From the IMG/VR virus record IMGVR_UViG_3300032093_000013: a DNA stretch of 64,000 nucleotides; one strand, given 5' to 3'. The translations under genes were made by a program, and so were the position numbers. Each line of letters opens with the position of its first letter. The first letter of the stretch is position 1. Under the pieces are notes generated by a model. It searched no databases and was not told where the DNA came from. It saw only the letters and a list, made by a program, of their open reading frames with translations. This document shows, one piece after another, positions 11,201-19,451 of this stretch. This stretch comes from a virus.

Positions 11201-13942
11201 AATACCAGAATTTCCCACAGTAGTAAATCCTACTGTATTGATACCAACATTATAATCAGAAAGTGATTGATATAATTCAATTGTCCTATCATTTACAACC
11301 TTAGTATAATATGTTGCACCACTTATTAGAGTTTTTGATTGGTCTAGATTAGATCCATTAAATGTGCCGACTCCAATGGCAGAATTAAAGTTACTATTAT
11401 ATACAATTGGTTGCCCATTAGATAAATTATGTGTCGATGCAAATGAAATTCTATCATTGATAGTATCTAATCCACCGCCGTTGGAAGTTGATCTTGCATC
11501 AAATTCCAATTCTCTTGCATACTTTTCAATAATTGGTTTAAAACTAGCTCCAGACCCATTGCCGCCGGTAAGAGCAATTGAGACGATAACATCAATATCA
11601 AAATCTTGCGGGTCAACAAATATTTTTTCAACAGATCCAATTATTACTGGTTGAATGAGTGCAGATCCATAAGATAATTGTAAGCGAGGGGGATTGATTA
11701 CATCAAATTCGCTACCGCCATTTAAAACATCAATATTTTCGATTGGACCATAATAAATCTTATCGTTTGTTTTAAAGTTGTATATTTCAACACCATTTTT
11801 TAACATTCCAACTGGACCTGGAAGTGTGGTATGAGTTTCATTGCTTCCCAACTCAGGATTTAGTTTAAATTTTCTAAATGTTTTTTGTCCAGAAATTTTA
11901 TTTGATCTTTGAGAATACAATGTAAAATTGTGAGTCCCTGTTGGTGTTGATGATTCTCCCGCTCCAAAATAAACAAAGTCGCCATTTCCAACTACAGGAC
12001 CACTTAAGTATAATTTGACTTGTCTTTTATTGCTTAATACTTCAACAAAATAACTTCCTTCCTCTAATCCAGCAATAGGATTATCTGCAGAATAAAAAAC
12101 CCTATCTCCCGTTATGAAAGAAACTTCCGTATTAAAATCAATTATTGAATATGATTCATTACTAGCATCATATCCAGTTAATTCAAAAACATCATATCCA
12201 AAAACATCAACTTGTATTTCATATGATGGTAAAGAATTCGATGCAACGTATAAGTTATCGGGTCTTTCAACATAAACATTTTGAACATCAGATATTATTT
12301 TATTGTTTCCAAAATCAATTGGAACAATCGAAGATGATGCTTTATTAAGAATTCTTCTAATATCATATTTGTCTAAAGGATTTAATAAAGATGTACTTAC
12401 ATTAATAGTAACAGTATTTGCTGAAATTAAACTAACATTTGCATTTTCAAATCCAGTGACTACGATTTCTGTATTTCTTCTTAAAATTTCAACGGCATCT
12501 CCTACTTTTAAGCTTGATGCATCTATATCAGATTTAGTTGTTACAGTATTTCCTACAAAGGAATCAATCTGATATCTTGAACTTGTATTATAAATCCAAG
12601 AATTTGCAAATATCTCTTTGGTTGTGTTGCCCTGCTCTATTACTTCTCCAAGATTTTTTGGATAGATGATGTCATTATCCAATAATTCATAATTTGTAGT
12701 TTCAATGTTGAGATTGGATAATACTCCAGTAATTCTAAATTCTACCTTTTTAGATAAATCTCCATCTTCATATCCATAGTAAGTTTCATTTGAAATTAAG
12801 AATGATGTTTTTGGTATCGTTATTGAAGATGTGGATTTTACATAGCATCCCAAAAATTGATTTACACTTTTATCAGAATAAACAATTTCATAAGACCCAA
12901 AAAAGATGCTTCCGGAATTTTCAAATCCGATTGTAGAATCAACACTGATAACGGTTGTTCCAGCATCTAACGGAGTTACAGTTACTTCTTCAACAACTTT
13001 TGTATTTGGTGTGATTGAAAATGTTCCAGTAACGTTAGGATAGGTATCATCGTATCCAACAAAAAAATTAAGTTTATAATAAGTTATACCATTTCTAGTG
13101 ATGGTTTCTACTTCAGATACGGCAGCAGTAGTGCCAGTTTCATCCGTTGATTTATAAATTGTTTGACCAACCAACTTAGTTGGATTTCCAGAAATATTAC
13201 TTATGATTGCAACATCTCTTCTAATATATCCGGCATCTGATGGTTTAATTAAGAATTGTTCAAGATCAATTACACTTGGAGTTTCTCCATACAGGACATT
13301 GAATAAAATTCTAAAAGATTCTGCAGTTCCTTTGGATTCGTATAATGTCCTTGCTTCTTTTATAAAATTCCCAGCATTAATGTCTTCTGTAAAATTTAGA
13401 CCTTCTAGTCCAGGAGTTAGACTAAACTTTATCTTTTTATAAAATTCTTGTAAAAATAAAGAACTAAGATTTTGTACAGAAGCTCCTGAGGTATGTGAAT
13501 CTGCAGAAGACTCGCTAAAAACTAGTTCGCTGTATTGTAAGTCTTTATGATAATTTGTAACTCCACTAAATCCTCTTACGCAACCTGTAAAAGTATTTCC
13601 TGACAAATCTGTATATGTAATAATTTCATCATCAATTTTTAAAAGACCATATTTTGCAGGAAATCCTTTAGTATTTGATACAGTAATAGATGTTGACGAT
13701 GAAGTAATATCTCCTACAAGAGTTGTATATCCAGAAACTACCTCCTGAGTAAGATTATCAAGGTTTATATACTGATCCAGATTCTCAGCAACATCTACAG
13801 GACCACCCTGATATTCTTGGGAGATATAATACTGTTTTAAAAACTCTGCAGCCTTTGGACTTTCATCTAAGATAAACTCTGGAAGTTGACTGTCGATTAT
13901 TTGTTGTATTTTTACCCTAGACTCAAAACCCGTTTGTATCAT
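2258..13942 (-). CDS. gp7: baseplate wedge initiator gp7-like giant structural protein (3894 aa)
   Basis: N-terminal SQLPEFI...FLKQYY and LYESKGT..SFRILF; YHYH-like segment (IIGWAYDGNPIYG..YAYFAT); DNDYYQNLSY..HISGMKNF; many GGxGY/VGIGT repeats; lies between gp6 and gp8. Confidence 0.8.
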   Translation of the reverse strand: MIQTGFESRVKIQQIIDSQLPEFILDESPKAAEFLKQYYISQEYQGGPVDVAENLDQYINLDNLTQEVVSGYTTLVGDITSSSTSITVSNTKGFPAKYGLLKIDDEIITYTDLSGNTFTGCVRGFSGVTNYHKDLQYSELVFSESSADSHTSGASVQNLSSLFLQEFYKKIKFSLTPGLEGLNFTEDINAGNFIKEARTLYESKGTAESFRILFNVLYGETPSVIDLEQFLIKPSDAGYIRRDVAIISNISGNPTKLVGQTIYKSTDETGTTAAVSEVETITRNGITYYKLNFFVGYDDTYPNVTGTFSITPNTKVVEEVTVTPLDAGTTVISVDSTIGFENSGSIFFGSYEIVYSDKSVNQFLGCYVKSTSSITIPKTSFLISNETYYGYEDGDLSKKVEFRITGVLSNLNIETTNYELLDNDIIYPKNLGEVIEQGNTTKEIFANSWIYNTSSRYQIDSFVGNTVTTKSDIDASSLKVGDAVEILRRNTEIVVTGFENANVSLISANTVTINVSTSLLNPLDKYDIRRILNKASSSIVPIDFGNNKIISDVQNVYVERPDNLYVASNSLPSYEIQVDVFGYDVFELTGYDASNESYSIIDFNTEVSFITGDRVFYSADNPIAGLEEGSYFVEVLSNKRQVKLYLSGPVVGNGDFVYFGAGESSTPTGTHNFTLYSQRSNKISGQKTFRKFKLNPELGSNETHTTLPGPVGMLKNGVEIYNFKTNDKIYYGPIENIDVLNGGSEFDVINPPRLQLSYGSALIQPVIIGSVEKIFVDPQDFDIDVIVSIALTGGNGSGASFKPIIEKYARELEFDARSTSNGGGLDTINDRISFASTHNLSNGQPIVYNSNFNSAIGVGTFNGSNLDQSKTLISGATYYTKVVNDRTIELYQSLSDYNVGINTVGFTTVGNSGIQKFKTEPKNKLTGISVIDSGSGYANRVLRVSPVGVSTYNNTISFKNHGFGDGEIISYDYDTAPISGLSTSNNYVVLKLDSDTFRLCNAGVGGTDTSNYQRKNYVKFNSIGSGYQIFKYPNISLSVEYSSVGLGSTQVRGVINATPIVRGKISEIYVYDKGSDYGTTTLNVHKRPQVTIKNGKNAQLRPTITNGRITDVQVLYGGLEYYSTPDLVISGSGIGAILRPVVSDNRITDVIVVNSGVGYTSTNTKIKVVSAGKDEVLRVNVRALTLNNSFKYGIQNEFYRNPSSEVLIENHSGLQYAVIGYSQNIKTNFSDNGDLSGQHSDIIGWAYDGNPIYGSFGYTDSNNINSSIKQLQPGYSLVDLENRPSTTDFPYGYFVEDYKYTGNGDLDQYNGRFGKTKDFPDGVYAYFATTETNLDGEIVSKFPYFIGNEYRSPYLEENIELDQSFDFNNSKLIRNTLPYKVNDQYADNDFITESNEIIEQKTLVESVSSGSVSGLEIVKSGSDYAVGDSIIFDDTKSGGGGISAEISEITGRDIVDVNTTVNSYTDSLIEWQGGNQVKVYISPYHVFKNRDNINISGLSTQVSNLNGSYEIGLTTYTTILDKNIPNFASTGIVTDIYLTSIPENISIGSSIQIENEVFSILNIYPNFGILRVDRSSAGVAHSQTTPVYYLPDSFIVNKSTNYFDSQKNSKIYFNPAESVGVGTTSGSGKNINYQIGITTYSAFVPTQSIFLPNHPFKTNQQAILRKPSGGGALSVSNTSGGLSFNILSGNSEIVYIVNKSKDYIGIVTNVGLTTTGGLFFLSSGTNDYHYSIESNLPQVRAKIDRIISAVSVSTSHQLRVGDKISLEVKPDVSVGIGTSTAIHVRLDPSTQKIVINPLIFNSTGINTLTNSISVNSHNLKTGDKILYESSGTLPVGLTTENYFVYRIDENTIKLCDTLLDSLNSPPTTVSIGGTGAGNQKISLVNPQIKVIKNNNLVFNLSDSSLLGYDFKLYYDQKFEKEFVSIASTSSLSVIGVGTIGLSSTSTLTLNYSNGVPEKLYYNIEKSGYISTSDTDVTNYSEIVFENSLYNGNYNIVGVGNTTFTISLRQIPENTRYERGDCEILEYSTSSSTEVGGIHKVKLLSGGYSYSSLPLFDGVDSDNGNGAFIVPVSATIGKIKQSRIINEGFEYASDKTLRPTATIPTLAYISASNTIESVDVLNGGQNYTSAPDLICVDTDTGELINSGLLRSNLSGSSIVSVIVENNPKGLPIKPVTIRAINNSNGISIDTIQSSSGVVTCFLTTPLSGFTSAPFSTGDKIFVEGIQKSGSSGDGFNSSDYGYQFFTITNFQNINPAKLEFSLSGLTTNPGVAKTIQESYATIVNFNNYPEFKAIQKFSPFQIGEGLSSNTGSGFVDRDLTVVSCDENFVRVSGNYNLSSGEKIRGLESFNEATIDSVKITDGYYDVDYFNLQKFGWKFETGKLNENYQVTPDNDYYQNLSYSVKSSKTWEEIVTPVNNLLHISGMKNFADTQILQSVQSGIGTTESPLTLLNVFESDNRVDTINNLDLVIDVDTLDSKSKFIKFNNLSLTDYILCKTNRVLKIDDISSEFSSENDESSEVSNIFQINSGNNYNKFLVQTRNIFTNETQFNEIITINNDENIFTLQKAQLTSINDEDVIVDIEGYIDTESNFYLKFNPEDTSNSDFDIKILQDTFISKTGVGTTQSVGFIDLISQNKIVSSGITTSIFSLNSSKYSAIYSNIHILNDDTSDMNYVEIYLTHDGTNTYISEYYFDDNLTETSSGFIGSFGASISGGILSLNYTNTSAENITVRTKNVGFGTTAVGVGTYRFKLPGQSDEAERTVVFQSKFNNISSGSTSILVLDKSLFTSSKSTIRVGLGQTSALHQIMAINDGNDAYSIQYPFLSIGSTSGIGTFGAEISGGNFIIKFYADPSISGNLEILSFSENFYTDLDTVNIPPTLSYSPVEQTVAVAKYFGANSPNVNKYDFEAEYEGVPIFMKTFNPSDSNALNLTTGVFTIPNHFFNTGEQLIYTPKSTFIGIGTLAMGIGATANYVGVVTTILPSVVYAIKDSNDSFRISTRKEYAIQGIGVTFTSVGLGNAHQLEMYKKNEKSIISINDVVQSPLAFSYITHTLSGNGGQIGSASTIFALSGISSITPTDILKIDEEYMRVENVGLGTTNTGPITFGGSISLVEVTRGFLGSIAGVHTDTSIARIYRGSYNISKNKIFFTEAPRGNSLDLLGPSESNLPRERASFSGRVFLREDYTTNQIYDDISNQFTGIGQTFILTSQGINTVGLGTSGGNGIVFINNIFQSPTTSNNLSNNYIIAENSGVTRITFTGITSSNNNIFTSEYDINQNQLPRGGVIVSLGSTGGLGIAPLVGASVTAVVGAGGTIVAIGIGTMDIIGSGYRYPVSVAVTESGHIGTGAVITANVGAGGTLSFNVVNPGAGYTNPTINVSSPSYQNLSVTGVSRLGVGATTDTGVGLLLNIEVGSSSTTTGIGSTLFEVKTFEITRNGYSFRVGDVFKPVGLVTAKGLSAPVNEFQLTVLDVFTDSFSSWQFGELDYIDSILPYQDGVRTRFPLLYNSELLSFEIDENDPDSQLIDLDSVLLIFINGVLQEPGVSYQFSGGTSFTFSVAPEPEDNISVFFYRGTRGEDTIQVDAIETVKVGDTVQIFSNNSNIQNTTTQEKRTIYDISGSDKIETNLYVGQGIDEVNNKPLYWTKQKTDLILNGEKIYKSRDSLESQIYPTANIIGDLSITATEIFVDDSSLFNYENESPISFDAFILSNNSAEEYEIITDISDVEGYSVSVIGIATTNGIGTPLALRFTLDRNPFSFPDLQVGYPIYISQTFVGQGVTSINTTNTDIVSISTSFVNNVYRIHAINSATGIVTCNIASNTSIVGIATTGTIKYPVGRLSWGRLSGFSRSNSPISIGVTGYTSSVGITTLGYNAGLSTYPIIQRRGYGLRSNGSLKKDL

Positions 13943-13943
13943 A

Positions 13944-15908
13944 TTACGACCTCATTAATTTTCCGTTTGAATAGCTTGAACGATAAGAATTTTTTGTGAA
14001 AACAACGCCAGATATATCTTCTCCAGATGCAATTGTATCCTTTACCATATTTATTTCACTTTCTGAAACATCAAATGATATATAAAGGTCCTTAAGACCA
14101 ACTACATCATTTGACTCTGGATATGCTTGAATTTCTATTAAATCGTTTGATAAATCAGTATTTCTAATTGTAATGGTATTGAGAGTTATCTCACCATTTT
14201 TATAATTTACAATGCCAGCAGACTGTACGACAATAAAAGGAGATAATGATGTTGTAGCGGCACCGACTCCAGAAGATTTGATTGGTTTTACAATTGAAAT
14301 TACACCAGTAATCCCATCATCATTTGGAGTATCCGTCAAATATACGGTATCTGGTTCATCTTTGATATTAAATCCAGTGGATTTGATATTATATCCAATT
14401 TTGTTGGATTTTTCATTAATGTGAAATTGATTACCAAAACATATTTCATACTGTGCTGGACGATTTATTAATGCTTTCAAATCTCTTCTAATTCTAACTC
14501 TGGTAATATTTGAGGTAATTGCTGTATCCGTATTGTCAATTACCTGAAGTAATTTACTATACTTAAATCTTCCCCCAAATTTGTTTAAGTCTACAGATTG
14601 AGAGTATTTGTTAAGGGAATTAGTTACTCTTGTTTTTAAATCGGAAACGCTTCCAACTTGGTTGTAATTATAATAAACATAAGATTCAACTTCAACGTAG
14701 AGTATTTTAAGATCAACTATCTTGGGGCGTATTCCAGAAACACTATATTGAGTTAATTTGGAAAGTATTTGCTCTTTGTCAAAATCCGAAACGAATGTGC
14801 CATTTTTTGGTTTGATGCTAATTGACACAGATCCATACTCTGGAGGACTTAACTCTTCTCCTCCCACAACAGAAACTGATTCTGCATTTCTATAAATCTT
14901 AGATTTAATAATCGATTCATAATCACTTGCAGTTACTGCTCTATACTGTGAAGAATATAGTCGTGGAGCAAAATAACGAATCGAATCAATAGTTTCTATC
15001 TCAGATCCATTTTGAGCACTTTGATTTGTGGTAACAGTGATTGTATTCGTTACAACAACATTTCTATCATCGGCATCTTTAAATGACCCCGCAAATGAAA
15101 ATGTATCAGCACCATTTCCATCTTTACCACTTGTTACAATGTAATTTGCAGTAATCACTGCAGAGTTTTCAAGTTTTTTACCAAATCTACCATCTCCAAA
15201 AAGAAGTTGGTATTTTTCATCTTGAACCTCTTGGATTAAAAAGACTTCTGAATTTGAGTTTACTTCAAAAATATTATCTACTAGAGAGTATAAAGAACCG
15301 AGTCCGCTATCACTCAATCCTTTCACATATACTCTAATTGTTGAGGTATCGATAAAAGAATTATCTAATATAAATTTTTGGTCTAATGATGCATTTACAG
15401 TAAATTTCTTTGTTAAGAATGTTCCTTCTCGAATTATAATATTATTAAATGAAGCAACACCATTTACAACAGGAACTGTAATACTTTCTGGAATTGAAAA
15501 TACATATGAAGATCCTCTCACAAGACCTGTGCATACAAGACCCGCTTGTAGTGTGACTGACGGAGTATAAACGGGAGTGCCGTCTTGCAATATTTGATCT
15601 GGATCTACGGTTATACTGAATGAAACCGTTGCACTAGCAGCATTTCTTGAATAAGGAACGTATCCAATATTCCTAGACAAAGAAACGACATTTTCTCTTA
15701 CAGTTGCAGAATCCAAAAAGGATTCGTTGACAATCATGTTAGAGTTAAATGCCGTAATGTAGGTATTATACGCTAACGTATCAATTAAAACAGAAAAATT
15801 AGATCCTTCAAAATCAAAGTCCGTAAATGTAGAGTTAGCACGGAGATAATCTTTGATTGAAGTTTTTATCTGATCGAAATCTAGATTTGTAAATTGAGTA
15901 AAAGGCAT
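13944..15908 (-). CDS. gp6: baseplate wedge subunit gp6
   Basis: LDFDQIKTSIKDYL, DFDFEGSNFSVLIDTLAYN, FGDGRFGKK, QYRAVTASDY. Confidence 0.95.
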   Translation of the reverse strand: MPFTQFTNLDFDQIKTSIKDYLRANSTFTDFDFEGSNFSVLIDTLAYNTYITAFNSNMIVNESFLDSATVRENVVSLSRNIGYVPYSRNAASATVSFSITVDPDQILQDGTPVYTPSVTLQAGLVCTGLVRGSSYVFSIPESITVPVVNGVASFNNIIIREGTFLTKKFTVNASLDQKFILDNSFIDTSTIRVYVKGLSDSGLGSLYSLVDNIFEVNSNSEVFLIQEVQDEKYQLLFGDGRFGKKLENSAVITANYIVTSGKDGNGADTFSFAGSFKDADDRNVVVTNTITVTTNQSAQNGSEIETIDSIRYFAPRLYSSQYRAVTASDYESIIKSKIYRNAESVSVVGGEELSPPEYGSVSISIKPKNGTFVSDFDKEQILSKLTQYSVSGIRPKIVDLKILYVEVESYVYYNYNQVGSVSDLKTRVTNSLNKYSQSVDLNKFGGRFKYSKLLQVIDNTDTAITSNITRVRIRRDLKALINRPAQYEICFGNQFHINEKSNKIGYNIKSTGFNIKDEPDTVYLTDTPNDDGITGVISIVKPIKSSGVGAATTSLSPFIVVQSAGIVNYKNGEITLNTITIRNTDLSNDLIEIQAYPESNDVVGLKDLYISFDVSESEINMVKDTIASGEDISGVVFTKNSYRSSYSNGKLMRS

Positions 15909-15909
15909 T

Positions 15910-16311
15910 TTATCTTGTTGCCTCTAATATGAATGAAAACTGTTGTGTTGGTACTTCTTGCCCAATAATATCAAAAATTACAGTCACTTCAAATTCATTT
16001 GTATCTGGACTTGGATTGACTTCAATATCCACATTATCAACTCTAGGCTCATAATTGGAAATTGTATTGATAATTTGCTCTCTAATTACAGATGCTGTTG
16101 CAAAATCAACAAAATCAAACAAGCTAGAACGAACATCAGATCCCAAATTTGGATTAAAAAATCTTTCGTTTGGAATTGTTTCTACAAGGTTGCGAATAGA
16201 GCGAGTAATCGCATTTTGATTTTTCAAAATTGGCAGGTCTTTTGTCACTGGATGTGGATCAAAAGACAGACTAATATCCTTAAATGATCTAGATATTCGT
16301 GTGACTGCCAT
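15910..16311 (-). CDS. gp25: baseplate wedge subunit gp25
   Basis: FKDISLSF..HPVTKD, ERFFNPNLGS, NYEPRV. Confidence 0.95.
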   Translation of the reverse strand: MAVTRISRSFKDISLSFDPHPVTKDLPILKNQNAITRSIRNLVETIPNERFFNPNLGSDVRSSLFDFVDFATASVIREQIINTISNYEPRVDNVDIEVNPSPDTNEFEVTVIFDIIGQEVPTQQFSFILEATR

Positions 16312-16341
16312 TGGATATGAAATTTCTTGGATTATTTATGT

Positions 16342-16584
16342 TTATTTCCAGGAAGAACCATATCCAGGTTCAGTGCCATATTCCCAATCATCATAATCTT
16401 CATCATTGCGAATTTTTTCATGCAATTCTTGTTGTTTTTTTAAGTCATGCTTGGGTGCCAAATCGTGCATAACCTCTTGAATGACTCTTTTTGGTGATAC
16501 GGTATCATAATCTGTAATCAGGCGGGTAGTGCCCCACATTTCTCTCATATAATTTGAATCACGATCGACTGGTAAATTTGACAT
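16342..16584 (-). CDS. conserved cyanophage hypothetical protein
   Basis: 80-aa ORF in operon context. Confidence 0.65.
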   Translation of the reverse strand: MSNLPVDRDSNYMREMWGTTRLITDYDTVSPKRVIQEVMHDLAPKHDLKKQQELHEKIRNDEDYDDWEYGTEPGYGSSWK

Positions 16585-16650
16585 TTTAGCTCCTGTTTTA
16601 AAAATAAAACAGAACTTTTATAAAGGAGGTTGCTATCTCCTTATTTCTAT

Positions 16651-16992
16651 TTAACGATCGACTTCACGTAGAGAATAATTGTCAGAATTGAGGTATTTTA
16701 ACATTTCTAGAGCGATTAATTTAGGATTTCCTTCCCCACAAGTATAAACATCTACCGCAATACAACCTTCCTCTGGCCAAGTATGGCAGGAAACATGACT
16801 TTCCGCAAGGGCAATGACCACTGTGCATCCCTGTGGAATGAAACAATGTGAAAAAATATTTAAAATCGTCATATTGGCACGTTTTATACCTTTCACCATT
16901 GCTTCTTGGAGAGAAGTTACATCATTAATGATATCAAATTTTACATCATACACCTCTAAAAGTAGGTGTCTGCCCATCGAAAACTGTTTCAA
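16651..16992 (-). CDS. speD: S-adenosylmethionine decarboxylase proenzyme (pyruvoyl-dependent)
   Basis: GRHLLLEVY, HCFIPQG, LAESHVSCHTWPE autocleavage motif, AVDVYTCG. Confidence 0.92.
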   Translation of the reverse strand: MKQFSMGRHLLLEVYDVKFDIINDVTSLQEAMVKGIKRANMTILNIFSHCFIPQGCTVVIALAESHVSCHTWPEEGCIAVDVYTCGEGNPKLIALEMLKYLNSDNYSLREVDR

Positions 16993-17015
16993 TTCATTTT
17001 GCGGTAAAAATTTAT

Positions 17016-17606
17016 TTATTTTATATAAAAACCTTTACGATGATAGTCATTGTCTTCAATGAATTTCATATTTTTGATTTTTTTATCATCCCAAACGGGA
17101 ATCGCAACAGAATTTCCATAACGAAAATCAGGATTTCTACGAAAATGAACTTCTATTAGATTTTCCCCGATAAATTCACAATTAATCCATTCGTAATTGC
17201 CTACTAAATTGTTTAAAATATCCGGAAAAGAAATATCTTTATCTATTTTTTGCCACTTTTTCCACTTATAAAGAGGTTCATGATCATCCCGAGTTCCAAT
17301 TACGACTAATTCTGCTTTTTTATGATAAAAATCAACACTAATGTGCTCGCCTTCAAAAATTTCACACCAAAATTCTGCAGGATGAATATTATCGGTGTGT
17401 TTTTCAATCCATTCTTTACGAGCAAAACGCCCCATTCCAAGTAAATTAAAAGAAGGTCGAACAATATAAAAGTCGGGTTTGAAAACTGTAGTCCCAACAG
17501 GACCACATGTATACCCCAACATCCGACTTAAAAATAATTTATTGTATACCCAAAGATCTTCAGGATGTATATGATTCCATTCATCATTTCCATCTAAATG
17601 ATACAT
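17016..17606 (-). CDS. hypothetical protein, ATP-grasp-like
   Basis: YIVRP..NLLGMG, FWCEIFEGEHISVD and INCEFIG..IEVHFRRN resemble ATP-grasp motifs; the fold call is inference. Confidence 0.5.
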   Translation of the reverse strand: MYHLDGNDEWNHIHPEDLWVYNKLFLSRMLGYTCGPVGTTVFKPDFYIVRPSFNLLGMGRFARKEWIEKHTDNIHPAEFWCEIFEGEHISVDFYHKKAELVVIGTRDDHEPLYKWKKWQKIDKDISFPDILNNLVGNYEWINCEFIGENLIEVHFRRNPDFRYGNSVAIPVWDDKKIKNMKFIEDNDYHRKGFYIK

Positions 17607-17615
17607 CTTGGTTGA

Positions 17616-17762
17616 TTATCCTTTCCCTTGCCCTCTGTATTTTTTACGAGCTTTGTTACGAGAAGACGCTGCATACTTGGTATTAGACCCACATCCTTGC
17701 CGAGTATTCTTTGGATGAGACTCGATGATTTTATTGCCGCTGAGTGATTTTTTAATTGCCAT
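17616..17762 (-). CDS. small basic protein (48 aa)
   Basis: Manual translation MAIKKSLSGNKIIESHPKNTRQGCGSNTKYAASSRNKARKKYRGQGKG; below ORF-track cutoff. Confidence 0.7.
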   Translation of the reverse strand: MAIKKSLSGNKIIESHPKNTRQGCGSNTKYAASSRNKARKKYRGQGKG

Positions 17763-17929
17763 TAATCTAATTCTCCAATAATTTCTGTTTCAATATCTTC
17801 AGGGCGTGGAGAACCTGTCTGATAATATTCAATCGACAGATCCTCCATTACATTGAAATATTCTTCTTCAGTGAGTGAGGAATAAATCTTTCTTCCCTTG
17901 CAGATGATGTTATACGTTTCCTCTGCCAT
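17762..17929 (-). CDS. hypothetical protein (55 aa; start revised to MAEETY)
   Basis: The revised start removes the overlap with the upstream gene. Confidence 0.6.
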   Translation of the reverse strand: MAEETYNIICKGRKIYSSLTEEEYFNVMEDLSIEYYQTGSPRPEDIETEIIGELD

Positions 17930-17933
17930 TTTC

Positions 17934-18692
17934 TCAGATGATTCTTGTTTTTTCATGCCCAACACGAATGCGTGGATCGCACCAGATTTCAAATCCTGCC
18001 TCCTTTGCATCCAGACAGAAAGATACGTCCTCACCGCACATATCCTGCACTTCTCCTGATTCGAAAACCTGCATCTTTGGTGCGAACCAAGGATACTTCA
18101 TTTCAGAGTGCTCAAAGACACCGTGCTTAATCAGCAACCAACCAAAACCTGCATAATCCACAGTGAATGGTTTACGACGCTTTGAGATGCTCTCAACGGT
18201 TTCATGATTCATCACACCACCATTGTTTCTAAAGTCATCTTCTTCCATCCAATGAGCAACCGAAGTTGTGTGACCATCTTCTGTTGCATACCAACCAGAA
18301 GCAATATCTTTGTCCATTAGCACCAGTTGCCAGAATTTTTCAGTGTTGAATACAATGTCAGAATCAATCCACAACTGCCAATCATAATTCAGTTTACCAT
18401 CCCATGGCACCTGATCTGGTCCACGTAATACGTTTGCACCTAAACACTTGCAACGGGCAAAGTTGACCATTGAAGAGTAGTCTTGTGAGATTTGAATGCT
18501 TGCCCCGCTCTGCACCAAATCAAAACAGAGTTGTACAAAGTTTTTAAGATATGTATATGAAACTCCCCGCCCTGGGAGACAGAAAACAACAGATTTTCCT
18601 CTTACCATTTCTCTTGCAAGATTATAATCCCATTCTTCTGTTGCTGTTTGAGTGACGGGCGATTTTGCTTTTACCGTAAATCCTTTAGCCAT
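17934..18692 (-). CDS. glycosyltransferase family 2-like protein
   Basis: LWIDSDIVF (DxD), GFGWLLIK..VFE, GEDVSFC, GFEIWCDP...GHEK. Confidence 0.7.
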   Translation of the reverse strand: MAKGFTVKAKSPVTQTATEEWDYNLAREMVRGKSVVFCLPGRGVSYTYLKNFVQLCFDLVQSGASIQISQDYSSMVNFARCKCLGANVLRGPDQVPWDGKLNYDWQLWIDSDIVFNTEKFWQLVLMDKDIASGWYATEDGHTTSVAHWMEEDDFRNNGGVMNHETVESISKRRKPFTVDYAGFGWLLIKHGVFEHSEMKYPWFAPKMQVFESGEVQDMCGEDVSFCLDAKEAGFEIWCDPRIRVGHEKTRII

Positions 18693-18714
18693 AATAGAAA
18701 GTAGTTACTTCAGT

Positions 18715-18743
18715 ATCATACAACATTATGTATTCAATGTCAA
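18715..18743 (-). promoter_or_regulatory. sigma70-like promoter TTGACA-17-TATGAT
   Basis: tgtcaa 18738-18743, atcata 18715-18720. Confidence 0.7.
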
Positions 18744-18916
18744 TCTTCCTTTCTTTCAGATAGAATAATATCATTACCATCTAAAGTAAAAGAAATCTCA
18801 GTATCTTCATACCAAGAAAGTTCATTCATAATCTCACCTGGAATTTTGATGTAATAATCACCGCTAACTGGATCAACCTCTATGGTCTCAAAAATTTCCC
18901 CGGAATTTTTTTTCAT
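18740..18916 (-). CDS. AbrB/MazE/SpoVT-like small protein (start revised to MKKNSG)
   Basis: YIKIPGEIMNELSWYEDTEISFTLDGNDIILS matches the swapped-hairpin pattern. Confidence 0.6.
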   Translation of the reverse strand: MKKNSGEIFETIEVDPVSGDYYIKIPGEIMNELSWYEDTEISFTLDGNDIILSERKED

Positions 18917-19144
18917 ATGTGTAAAACAAACAACCTTTTTCGTTTTTATATATGGCAAAAAAATTTTTAATCTTCAATGTAATAATTAGCTTGCTTCCGT
19001 AACACTTTGTAGGTTACAGGGACCCATCGATTTTATATACGGGGGTTTAACCTTTATAATATTATAACACGCCGCCCGACGGGGCGGGCATAAATCCCGG
19101 ACCCCTGCCAAACACGCACGAATGACTGCCGACGCACGAATGAC

Positions 19145-19411
19145 TCAGAAGCGGGCAGCGAGCGGCGAATGACCCACCCGATTCAGCAGGCGGTCACGGG
19201 CAGCAGCGATACGGTCAGCACGTGCCTGCTCTGCAAAGCGGCGGGCGTTGGCGTCCTTATCACCGACCCATTGACGCCCCAACCCAACGACGGGGGTAAT
19301 GGTGAAGGCACGACCCGAACCAGCACTGCCATTCACGGGGCACGTGCCTTTCAGTGCGCCATCACCTTTGGCGATTTGTCCTTTGGTCTGGCGGGCGTTG
19401 GGGCGAAGCAT
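19145..19411 (-). CDS. GC-rich early micro-ORF (88 aa, MLRPNARQ...)
   Basis: Start revised to the ATG downstream of its own TACAAT -10 box. Confidence 0.6.
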   Translation of the reverse strand: MLRPNARQTKGQIAKGDGALKGTCPVNGSAGSGRAFTITPVVGLGRQWVGDKDANARRFAEQARADRIAAARDRLLNRVGHSPLAARF

Positions 19412-19451
19412 GGGGGTTGGTTGCGGTTGAGAGTATTGTAGCAGATCGGGG

